Positions 51,149 to 58,585 of a stretch of 58,585 bases of DNA are shown in pieces (the stretch's first letter is position 1; every line of letters begins with the position of its first letter). Both the position numbers and the translations under genes were made by a program. The stretch is taken from positions 1 through 58,585 of IMG/VR virus record IMGVR_UViG_3300013280_000002; one strand, written 5' to 3'. Origin of the DNA: a virus. Below the pieces are notes generated by a model that saw only the letters and a program-made list of their open reading frames with translations, was not told the origin of the DNA and made no database searches.

Positions 51149-51559
51149 TCACCTCACGTCGTCATAAGAGAAGGTTGCCAGGACGTTCAATTGCTCAAAC
51201 GCCCCACTCGTCCCAGCTTCATTCATCCGCACGTCTCGGAACCAGATATTCGGATGTCGGGCGGCCTGGAAAGCATCCACCACGAGCTGGGCTGCATCGT
51301 ATCCGGCCTTGGAGCCATCTCCCACGGGGGCGAACACTTGGATATAGACTGTTCCAGTGCGCGACCAGCGCTTCACACCTTGATCGTCGGATAACGATGC
51401 TTGACGACCAGTTGCGTGCCGGATTGTAGCACGAGCCCATACTGTCTCGCTAGTGGGGGCACTGCCGGGCACATCAGTCCAAACGGCAGGGAATCCCGTC
51501 GGATCCCATGCCGTCTTGAAAAACCCGAGGATGATATCACGCGCTTGATCAAATGTCAT
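51149..51559 (-). CDS. tail completion/terminator-like protein (DUF4128-like)
   Basis: ATG 51559 (ATGA overlap). Called from position and size. Confidence 0.5.
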   Translation of the reverse strand: MTFDQARDIILGFFKTAWDPTGFPAVWTDVPGSAPTSETVWARATIRHATGRQASLSDDQGVKRWSRTGTVYIQVFAPVGDGSKAGYDAAQLVVDAFQAARHPNIWFRDVRMNEAGTSGAFEQLNVLATFSYDDVR

Positions 51560-51939
51560 CGCTTCACCCCGAATACATACAGGACGACTAGCGAGCCAGG
51601 CCTGAGTGCTTGCGCCCAATCGATGTTCCAGCGGACACCGTCGTCAAGAATTGCGTGGAAGTCTTCCAACGACACGTCTGTCGGCGCAACGAGTGCGACC
51701 TGCTCAACACGGTCCAGGAGCTCTTCCTTGACAATATCGCGCCCCAGGCCCGAACCAGACGCGGGCACGAACACAGCAGGCAGGGTCTTTTCTACCGCCA
51801 CGGTAGGTGCGCCAGGGCCTTTCCAGGGCTTGGAAGGATCGGAGGAGGTTGCGTCCAGTTTCTGGAGCTTGACGGAGCGACCGTTCTCTGCGATCAGTTC
51901 CTGTGCAAGTTGGACGAACTCATTGTAATCGGTAGCCAT
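51556..51939 (-). CDS. head-tail joining protein (putative)
   Basis: ATG 51939 with an AGGTGA RBS. Called from position. Confidence 0.45.
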   Translation of the reverse strand: MATDYNEFVQLAQELIAENGRSVKLQKLDATSSDPSKPWKGPGAPTVAVEKTLPAVFVPASGSGLGRDIVKEELLDRVEQVALVAPTDVSLEDFHAILDDGVRWNIDWAQALRPGSLVVLYVFGVKR

Positions 51940-51943
51940 CTGG

Positions 51944-52456
51944 TCACCTGATAACCTGGCTTGCCGAATAAACCAGCCCTCGCAACAGCATGTCCGCCGC
52001 AGGGTAAGGACGGAACAACATCGGGGTGGCACCTAGGCCGGTCTGAGGCACAGCGAATTCGGTTTCGATCGGCCCGACCTTCTTTTTCGTTGCGACAACG
52101 GTGAGACCGCTTGCATCAACCTTGAGGTCTGGCGCAAGTTCGGCAGTCAGTGCCCGCAAAGCGTACTCACAGCACGCGCGGCGCAGCTTCACAGGAATGT
52201 CCGTATCAGCGAAGTCAGCTGCACCAGTGCGAGGCCATGCCAGGGCCTGCGCGGTCGTCTTCTTGCTGCCGATGAAGCGCTGTCCGAAGCGGCCCTCGAT
52301 GTAATCTGTAGCCTTGATCAGTGCGGACTGCTTCACAGCATCCGCACCCGTCCAGCCTGTCATTCCGCGGTCAGCAAAGTACCCATCAGCTTCCGCGATA
52401 GTGACGTACGAAGTGGCGTCTGCTTTTGCAGTACCGTCTTCGACAACGAACGCCAT
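51944..52456 (-). CDS. head-tail connector (gp6/DnaT-like adaptor)
   Basis: SYVTIAEADGYFADRG...ALIKATDYIEGRF is typical of gp6-like adaptors. Confidence 0.6.
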   Translation of the reverse strand: MAFVVEDGTAKADATSYVTIAEADGYFADRGMTGWTGADAVKQSALIKATDYIEGRFGQRFIGSKKTTAQALAWPRTGAADFADTDIPVKLRRACCEYALRALTAELAPDLKVDASGLTVVATKKKVGPIETEFAVPQTGLGATPMLFRPYPAADMLLRGLVYSASQVIR

Positions 52457-52788
52457 TATGCACCTCCGATCTTAGCGAAGCGACCCAGGCCGGTATCGAG
52501 TAGCACTTCGAAGCCAGCTGCCGGAGTGACCACAGCAGCGCGCTCGACATAGTCCAGCGTCATGGATTCGCCTGCCGCGAGGGCCGGAGTCTTGATCGTT
52601 CGGTTGCTGGTTCCCGCGATGGTTGCAGCGGTAGTTCCGGCAGTTGCGCCGGCTACGCTCTTGAGCGCGAGGCGCGCACCAGCAGGCAGGGTGACCGCTC
52701 CGACGGCAGGAGTATCTATCAGCGCCGCAAATGCTGTGCGGTTCTGACGCCCTTTCCGGTTCTTTGCGATCACCTGTGCCTGCTCCAT
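52456..52788 (-). CDS. hypothetical structural protein (110 aa)
   Basis: Lies in the head module. Ala/Thr/Gly-rich. Confidence 0.5.
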   Translation of the reverse strand: MEQAQVIAKNRKGRQNRTAFAALIDTPAVGAVTLPAGARLALKSVAGATAGTTAATIAGTSNRTIKTPALAAGESMTLDYVERAAVVTPAAGFEVLLDTGLGRFAKIGGA

Positions 52789-52791
52789 TGC

Positions 52792-53502
52792 TTAGCCCCC
52801 GCGAGTGTTGCGACGTGCGCGAGCAGCGTCGATCGGCGCCTTCAGGTTGCTTGCCAGCTCCTTCAGGTTGATGCCGCTTTCGCGGATCAACTGCTGACGG
52901 GCAGCACGGGCTTCCAGGTTCTTGCGCTGAGCGGCCAGATAGTCCTGGATGTCGTTGCCGGTGCTGCGCTGCGGACGCGCTTCTTCCAGCTTGACGCGGA
53001 GCTCGTCTTCCTTCGCGCGCGCTTCTTCGAAAGCCTTATCGACCTCGACCTTGTGCGCGCGAATCTTGCTCACGAGCTCTTCTTGCTCGGCCAGCGCCGC
53101 TTCGAGCGCCGTGATGTCATCGGTTGCCACGCCAGCGGAACCTTCCATCTCGGGCTGTTCGGCTTGCCCAGCATCGAGGTCATCAGCTCGCTGGTCGGAT
53201 TCGGTTGCCTGCGAGGCTTGCGGGGCCGTTTGCGGGGCGGCAGGGGCCGCGCTTTGCTGCTGCTCGCCGTTACCCCCTTGGCCTTGTGCTTGCGGGGCCT
53301 GCTGTTCGGCGCGGGGCGCGGTGTAGCCGGTTGCAGTGGCGCGGGAAAAGCCAGGCGCCGCCGCAGCGACAGAATCGCGGGTCAGGGCCTGGTCGGATGC
53401 CAGCATCTTCACGGTGTCCAGGCGCGGGAGACCGTCGGCCGTCCAATGGTTGTCGTTCTTGACATCCAGTTTGAGCAGTGCTTCGACAATCTTGTTCGTC
53501 AT
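52792..53502 (-). CDS. hypothetical head-associated protein with acidic Q/A-rich linker and coiled coil
   Basis: 236 aa, directly downstream of the major capsid gene. Confidence 0.55.
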   Translation of the reverse strand: MTNKIVEALLKLDVKNDNHWTADGLPRLDTVKMLASDQALTRDSVAAAAPGFSRATATGYTAPRAEQQAPQAQGQGGNGEQQQSAAPAAPQTAPQASQATESDQRADDLDAGQAEQPEMEGSAGVATDDITALEAALAEQEELVSKIRAHKVEVDKAFEEARAKEDELRVKLEEARPQRSTGNDIQDYLAAQRKNLEARAARQQLIRESGINLKELASNLKAPIDAARARRNTRGG

Positions 53503-53533
53503 GATCGCATCTCCTTCAGAGGGTTAAATCCGA

Positions 53534-53557
53534 AACAGGGGTCTTGCGACCCCTGTT
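53534..53557 (-). terminator. hairpin after the major capsid gene (possible partial terminator)
   Basis: AACAGGGGTC-GCAA-GACCCCTGTT on the complement, followed by TCGGATTT. Confidence 0.45.
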
Positions 53558-53567
53558 CCAGTGCAGA

Positions 53568-54602
53568 TTAGAACTCGCGGGTGATGAGACGCGCGATCCG
53601 GATCTGCTTCCGCTCCGAGAAGACACGCTTCCACGAATCGGCGTGAGCCAGGTTGTTCGTGGTGGAGGCGTTGCTCGGGCCGCCGTTGGGCGGGGTGCCG
53701 GCGTAGGCGTGGCCAACCGGATGAATGATCCATTCGGTACGATTGAACAGGATGTCCTGGCCGCCGCCGTTACCGGCTGCCGGCTTGCGATCCACTTCCG
53801 TCGGCACCTTGGGCGAGCCCATGCCCCCGCGAACAGCACCGCGACCGAACAGCCAGGTGTTGAACACACCGCTGGAGCGGGGCACGCCGTCATCGACGAT
53901 CACTTCGCGGCCCAGGAAGGTCGGGATGCGAACCGCATTGCCATTGACGCTGTCCGACACGAAGTCGATCAGGTTGTTCTTCAGCATGCGCGCATAGACA
54001 ATGGAATGTACCATCACCATCGTGAGGTCTTCCATGCTGTCGCCCATGGTAGCGGTCGCGTCGATGAACGCTTCCGCGCTGAAGTTCGTCACGCCATCCA
54101 CGAAGGCAGCGCCGGAAACGTCATGGCGCATGTCGTTCTGGACGTGCTCGGTGCCGGTGGGCGCTGCGGCGTTGTCCGCGAACACACCGTTCAGGGTCGC
54201 AACGAATGCGGCCTGCTGGCGGCGAGCCCAGTAATCGGACACCCGATTGGCGATCGCTTGCATGGGGTCCGCACCAGCGAGGTCGCCGGAAAGGTCCATG
54301 GAGCTCCAGGAGTTGTTCCGCGACAGGCGGACCTGGATCTCGGTAGCGGTGCCGATCTTGTTCGGCGTGCTGTTGGTCGAGGGGTCATCGGTCGAGACGT
54401 TTTCGGCGTCGTTATCCAGATCCTTGAACGACGGCTCGTTGAACGTCAGGCCGCCGCCCGCGAGGGCGCTGTTGAGCTGGGCATCCAGGGTGATCGCGCC
54501 GGAGCGAATCAGGCGGGACTTTTCCTGGGTCATTTGCTGGACGTAGGGCGAGAAGATCTCGGGGACGACGACGTCAGCGATACGAGTTACACCGGAAGCC
54601 AT
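53568..54602 (-). CDS. major capsid protein
   Basis: 344 aa, downstream of the scaffold gene. N-terminus MASGVTRIADVVVPEIFSPYV is typical of this capsid family. Confidence 0.85.
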   Translation of the reverse strand: MASGVTRIADVVVPEIFSPYVQQMTQEKSRLIRSGAITLDAQLNSALAGGGLTFNEPSFKDLDNDAENVSTDDPSTNSTPNKIGTATEIQVRLSRNNSWSSMDLSGDLAGADPMQAIANRVSDYWARRQQAAFVATLNGVFADNAAAPTGTEHVQNDMRHDVSGAAFVDGVTNFSAEAFIDATATMGDSMEDLTMVMVHSIVYARMLKNNLIDFVSDSVNGNAVRIPTFLGREVIVDDGVPRSSGVFNTWLFGRGAVRGGMGSPKVPTEVDRKPAAGNGGGQDILFNRTEWIIHPVGHAYAGTPPNGGPSNASTTNNLAHADSWKRVFSERKQIRIARLITREF

Positions 54603-54707
54603 ATGAATTCTCCTTCAGAAGGTTCGGATCAAGTTTGCTAGACTCGAATCCAGCACCCCATGGCCTGGCGTTCGATCGTTAATATGGCTCATGCCACAAT
54701 GATCCGC

Positions 54708-54736
54708 AATGTAGCATGAGCCCTTCGAGGTTGCAA
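54708..54736 (-). promoter_or_regulatory. sigma70-like promoter TTGCAA-17-TACATT upstream of the capsid gene
   Basis: Complement strand, intergenic region 54603..54750. Confidence 0.45.
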
Positions 54737-54750
54737 GCCCCCGAGCCTGA

Positions 54751-55566
54751 TTATTTGCGGGGCTGCGGGCGCGGGCCGCCGATGGTAGTACCAGCGCTCT
54801 TGGCCAGCTGTTCGGCGCGGGAACGGTTCTCCTTGAGGATCCGACCCTGCTCCGTCATGTTCCAGCCTTCAGCGCTCCACGGGTTAGCACCTCCAGCGCC
54901 GCCGTTACGATTGCCACCAGCGCCGCCGCCTTGCGACGGGCCCCACCAGTGAGTCTTCTTGGACTGCATCTCGGTGAGCCACACGGTCGCATCGATGCCA
55001 GGGGTGACACCGACACCGTCGCGGGTAACGACACGGCCTTCTTCATTGACTTCGAGCATGCGCTCGCCGTACAGAAGAGCGTCTTCCACCGCACTGGATT
55101 GGAAGCCCTGGGCCTTGCCCACCGCTTCACGCACAGCGTCATGGATGGTGCGGGTCTTTTCCTTGGACTGGAACTGTTCCACCACACCGGAGAGCTCCTG
55201 CACCTTCTGCGCCAGCTGGCCCTTCTCGCGCTCGAGCGGGGCGACACGGGTCTTGATACGACCTTCGACCAGTTCGTTGAGCTTGTTCTCGTCCAGCTTG
55301 CCCGCCGCTGCTGCCTCCAGTTCGGGCAGACGGTCCAGGGTTGCCAGCACGTCCTCGATCTTACGATCGCCGAGCAAGCCAAGACGCTCCCGGACGACCT
55401 TGTGGTCATTCCGTTCCTTGGTGAGAGCACCTTGCAGACGGTCGATGTCTGCCTGCGTCTTCATGCCTTCCACCTGGAGTTCGAACTTACCGTTCTTCTC
55501 CACATACTCTTTCTTGACGTCTTCGGGAAGGTCGTCGATCGAATCAAGAATCGCTTTGAGAGCCAT
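54751..55566 (-). CDS. scaffolding protein
   Basis: ATG 55566 with an AGGAG RBS. Coiled-coil-rich, with a Gly-rich C-terminal part. Confidence 0.7.
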   Translation of the reverse strand: MALKAILDSIDDLPEDVKKEYVEKNGKFELQVEGMKTQADIDRLQGALTKERNDHKVVRERLGLLGDRKIEDVLATLDRLPELEAAAAGKLDENKLNELVEGRIKTRVAPLEREKGQLAQKVQELSGVVEQFQSKEKTRTIHDAVREAVGKAQGFQSSAVEDALLYGERMLEVNEEGRVVTRDGVGVTPGIDATVWLTEMQSKKTHWWGPSQGGGAGGNRNGGAGGANPWSAEGWNMTEQGRILKENRSRAEQLAKSAGTTIGGPRPQPRK

Positions 55567-55624
55567 GCTCCATCTCCTAGTCAAATGCCACTCATGCGGC
55601 GGGTTGCTGACCACACCATTGTGA

Positions 55625-56824
55625 TCAATACTTGCTCGGGTCCAGCCCAGCGGCACGGAATGCGTCAGCGTGCTTCTGTGCAAGCTCCCGAAGGGTTAGT
55701 TCGTCTCCGTTACGATGAACGAACTTGTCCAGTTCCAATCCACCGTCGCGGAACAGCTTTGCCTTCGTTACGCCCATCACTTCGTCCTGGAACGCAACGG
55801 ACTGACCCTTGAGCCACGTCTGATAGCTGGTCGAGGCGGGGATCGGTCCAACCAGTTCCCGCACCCTTCCGCGCGCCCACTTGTCATAATCACTCTTCGT
55901 GCCACGCGGCAGCGCGGCACGCGAGGTGATGTCACCCAGGCCGTTCTTGTCTGCGTATTCCTTCACCAGGATCTTTTCCGTGGTGGGCTTTGCAGGACGG
56001 TCACCGGCGAGCGTACCATCAATCGCGGCGATACGCAAGGATCGGCAGTTGAAATGCAACGGCGGGCGCGGACCCTTGCCCACGGGGAACGCCTTTCCAT
56101 CAAGGCTGCGACAGATAGGCGTCGTTCGGGAGTCCAGCGTCGCCACAAACTGTTCAGCGGTGAGGATGTCTGCATTGTCAGCGAACCATGCGTCGCGCGC
56201 ACCGTTGGCGATGTGCTGCACAGCAGTCCGCGTGATCGTTTGAATCTGCCTACGGGTGATCTCCGTTACACCGTCAGCGCCCCTGAGCGTACCAGTCCCG
56301 ACCACACGTCGCGCGATGGTTGCCATGTCCTCGCCTGCTACCATGCCTGCCTGGATGGAACTATGGATGCGGCGAATGTCGTCCGCTGCCATGGTGTCCG
56401 CCCATTCCTTCAACAGGCGACCCTCGAACGGGCGCGACAGCGCAATCTGGCGCAGGAACCGCGCGCTGGGCATCACTGTCTCAACAGCCACGGGCAGCAC
56501 GGTCTTGAAGATCTCGTCCAGCTGAATCGGTTCCTGGTACGAAAGCTGAACCATCTCCTCGGTGAGGAACTTCGTTGCTTCGTCCCAGGACTCTTTCCGG
56601 ATAGCGGCCAGCGTACCATGCAAGGCTTCCAGACGCTGCCACTCCACGGGCTTCGTTAGCCCTTGCATGGTGCGCAGCTTGTCGCGAATACGACGAGCCA
56701 ACTCATCCTCGCTGGCGTTCAGAATCGTGGTCATGCGGTTGCGGACATACCCGCTATAGCGCAGGATGTAGATCTGATGACGCACTAGTGCGTCCAGAAA
56801 CTGCTCGTTGGCTGTCTTGGCCAT
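55625..56824 (-). CDS. head morphogenesis protein (SPP1 gp7 / Mu F-like)
   Basis: ATLDSRTTPICRSLDGKAF...PPLHFNCRS. Confidence 0.85.
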   Translation of the reverse strand: MAKTANEQFLDALVRHQIYILRYSGYVRNRMTTILNASEDELARRIRDKLRTMQGLTKPVEWQRLEALHGTLAAIRKESWDEATKFLTEEMVQLSYQEPIQLDEIFKTVLPVAVETVMPSARFLRQIALSRPFEGRLLKEWADTMAADDIRRIHSSIQAGMVAGEDMATIARRVVGTGTLRGADGVTEITRRQIQTITRTAVQHIANGARDAWFADNADILTAEQFVATLDSRTTPICRSLDGKAFPVGKGPRPPLHFNCRSLRIAAIDGTLAGDRPAKPTTEKILVKEYADKNGLGDITSRAALPRGTKSDYDKWARGRVRELVGPIPASTSYQTWLKGQSVAFQDEVMGVTKAKLFRDGGLELDKFVHRNGDELTLRELAQKHADAFRAAGLDPSKY

Positions 56825-56827
56825 GGG

Positions 56828-58333
56828 TTACGCTCCCGCGCCACCTTGCGGAGGCTCCCGCGCTGGGTCGCCTCCTGCGCCCGTACCGCCGCCCGACGGT
56901 GCGTTGGCGTCCTCCTCGCCAATCTCTTCCATCTCGGCGTCGAAGTCCATCTTCGTCACACCGCGATCCACCAGCATCGCATGGATGGACTTCTTGGACA
57001 GCGGTGCGCCCATGGTGCGCGCGGTCATGAAATCGACCAGATCCTTACCGGACATCTCGAAGTCAGCGAACTCGAGGTTCGGGGTGACCTTCACGTCGTC
57101 AGGGTTGGCACCCATCCATTGAGCGCACATGCGCAACAGGGATTCCAGCGCAGATGCACCAGTCATCGCGATCTGGTTAAGAGCGGCAGTCTGGGCACCA
57201 ATACGGGTCTGCAGAGCGGAACCGCTCTCGATGTTGTTACCGCCGGAATTGATCAACTGGCCGGAACGAGTCTCCGCGCGCTTGCGATCGTTCTCGAGCG
57301 CCTGGCGCTGCTCGGACAGACCCTGCGAATTGACGCCGATGTACTTCGCGTCACCGCCTTGCTCCACCTCGATCATGCTGCCCGCACCAGTGCGGAGCGG
57401 TGTGCCTTCGTCTTCGCTGGCGTCGGTTTTCTTGACGCCGCCCACGACGACCAGCGTGTCTTGGCCCTGCATGAACAAGTTCTGGCGGTAGTCCGCTTCA
57501 CCCCGATACACTGCAAGCGCAAGCCTACCCAGGCCCAGGAGCGGAGGTTCGTCCGGTGTGCTGACGATGTCCTTCGTATTGACGAACACGAACGGGATCT
57601 TATCCAACGTCACGCCGCGCAGTTGCGGGGGCTGCATCTGCGTCTCGTCGTACGATGCAGACTGACCGTCGTTGTTCGTGAAGACGCCGACTTGATACAC
57701 TGCACCAGCGCTCTCGGCTTCGTTCTCGTCCTTCGCGCCTAGCTGGAGGATGCGATACTTGGTCTGAGACACCCATTCGAAGTCGGTGCTGCGGCGGAAA
57801 CCGCTTTCGTCCAGGACCACAAGGTTCAGACGTGCTTCGCCTTCGTCCGCCTCGCCGTCGTCCCAGTTCCGAACGGACTCAGCCACGTACATGGCGACAT
57901 AAGGCATCGGATTGGTCGGATCGGGATTCACAGGAAGGTCAAGCAGCAAACCCACGCGCCCGGTGACAAGCTGCTCTTCGTTGATGCGCCGCAGCAGCAG
58001 CTCCAGCGGCTCGCCGTAAGCGGTAGCCTTGTCTCGGAGCGCTTCCATGGTAGCAGGCAGCTCGATCGTCGGAGCCTTCTGCCACATGAGGCCGATGTAG
58101 GCTTCCACACCTTCCTTCACGTAGTCGTGGAACACCGCGCGGAGCTTGTATGCGTCATAGGCCTCGCGCCCAGGCTTGCCCGAATCCATGCCGTCCAGTC
58201 GCATGCCCTTGGTCGGCGGCAGGTACGTTTCACCCTTCGCCTTTACCGCGCGCTCACCTCTGTAGAGGTCGCGCATGGTGACCCAATCCTCTTTGAATTC
58301 CGAATACTTCGGATGAACCGAATCAAGTGCCAT
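56828..58333 (-). CDS. portal protein
   Basis: 501 aa, immediately downstream of terL. N-terminal YSEFKEDWVTMRDLYRGERAVK is a DUF4055-type portal pattern. GGAGG RBS. Confidence 0.88.
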   Translation of the reverse strand: MALDSVHPKYSEFKEDWVTMRDLYRGERAVKAKGETYLPPTKGMRLDGMDSGKPGREAYDAYKLRAVFHDYVKEGVEAYIGLMWQKAPTIELPATMEALRDKATAYGEPLELLLRRINEEQLVTGRVGLLLDLPVNPDPTNPMPYVAMYVAESVRNWDDGEADEGEARLNLVVLDESGFRRSTDFEWVSQTKYRILQLGAKDENEAESAGAVYQVGVFTNNDGQSASYDETQMQPPQLRGVTLDKIPFVFVNTKDIVSTPDEPPLLGLGRLALAVYRGEADYRQNLFMQGQDTLVVVGGVKKTDASEDEGTPLRTGAGSMIEVEQGGDAKYIGVNSQGLSEQRQALENDRKRAETRSGQLINSGGNNIESGSALQTRIGAQTAALNQIAMTGASALESLLRMCAQWMGANPDDVKVTPNLEFADFEMSGKDLVDFMTARTMGAPLSKKSIHAMLVDRGVTKMDFDAEMEEIGEEDANAPSGGGTGAGGDPAREPPQGGAGA

Positions 58334-58345
58334 TTTGCGCCTCCG

Positions 58346-58585
58346 TCAATAAGTGCCCGTAACTGTACCAGATTTCGTAATGATGCGTCCCATAGGCCAA
58401 TGATAATCCACAAAATACCCGATCGCCGTGGTGATGTGTTGATACTGGTTCTTCTGATCCTCTTGGAAAGACGAGCCAGCCTGGAGCTGCACAGTGCTCA
58501 ACCCCTTGTGGCACCACAGCGCAGTCTGAGGATTCACCTTCAACCTCACTTCACCTTTCGCATTGCAGATCATCGCACGCACAGC
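58346..58585 (-). CDS. terL: terminase large subunit, C-terminal end (joins 1..1190 across the circular junction)
   Basis: Same frame as 1..1190 once the 107-bp repeat is collapsed. The joined gene is 1323 nt (440 aa). Confidence 0.9.
   Translation of the reverse strand, partial: AVRAMICNAKGEVRLKVNPQTALWCHKGLSTVQLQAGSSFQEDQKNQYQHITTAIGYFVDYHWPMGRIITKSGTVTGTY
58479..58585. repeat. terminal direct repeat copy 2 (identical to 1..107)
   Basis: See copy 1. Confidence 0.95.

Noticed and set aside
54620-54705. A tRNA-like signal in the capsid 5' leader on the complement: GGATTCGAGTC looks like a T-loop, and CGGATCA...TGATCCG forms a 7-bp pairing that resembles an acceptor stem.
   Set aside because: No consistent D arm or anticodon arm can be drawn, the T-stem does not pair, and extra bases separate the 'T arm' from the 'acceptor'. 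It is more likely a structured mRNA leader.

Overview
The first 107 bases of the window are identical to the last 107 (1..107 = 58479..58585), and the repeat lies inside the large-terminase reading frame. I therefore read the window as one complete, circularly closed genome of about 58.48 kb from a GC-rich tailed dsDNA phage. It looks siphovirus-like, with a lambda-type tail tip (tape measure plus L-, I- and J-like proteins). I recognised no integrase or repressor, so it is probably virulent. No tRNA, rRNA, CRISPR array or transposon was seen.

There are three transcription blocks:
- Leftward early/accessory genes (13770 down to 6568): small unknown proteins, an Ead/Ea22-like protein, a DUF3310-like protein, a mini protein-kinase-like ORF, DenV, dCMP deaminase, a resolvase-like nuclease and a UvrD-like helicase.
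- Leftward late genes (6557 down to 1, continuing at 58585 down to 37133): tail fibre, lysis cassette, TerS/TerL, portal, head, tail.
- Rightward replication, nucleotide-metabolism and DNA-modification genes (14203 to 37120): prim-pol/helicase, dUTPase, RNase H, ThyX, ligase, a Spo11/TopoVI-A-like protein, Sak4-like ATPase, DUF669 SSB-like protein, Cas4-like exonuclease, SF2 helicase, three paralogous putative DNA-binding proteins, QueE/Gat-QueC/QueD/FolE/DpdA, sliding clamp and a B-family-like polymerase.

The observations most worth a second look are:
- a 7-deazaguanine (archaeosine-type) DNA-modification island whose FolE carries an N-terminal Gpt-like phosphoribosyltransferase domain;
- a triplicated, individually promoted gene family immediately upstream of that island;
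- a stand-alone Spo11/TopoVI-A-like protein;
- an SF2 helicase ending in the bacterial SSB tip motif DDDIPF;
- a repeat-rich ORF-free region at about 12950..13340;
- a 142-aa kinase-like ORF.

All homology calls come from motifs I recognise by eye. No database search was run, and start codons were chosen from RBS and overlap context.
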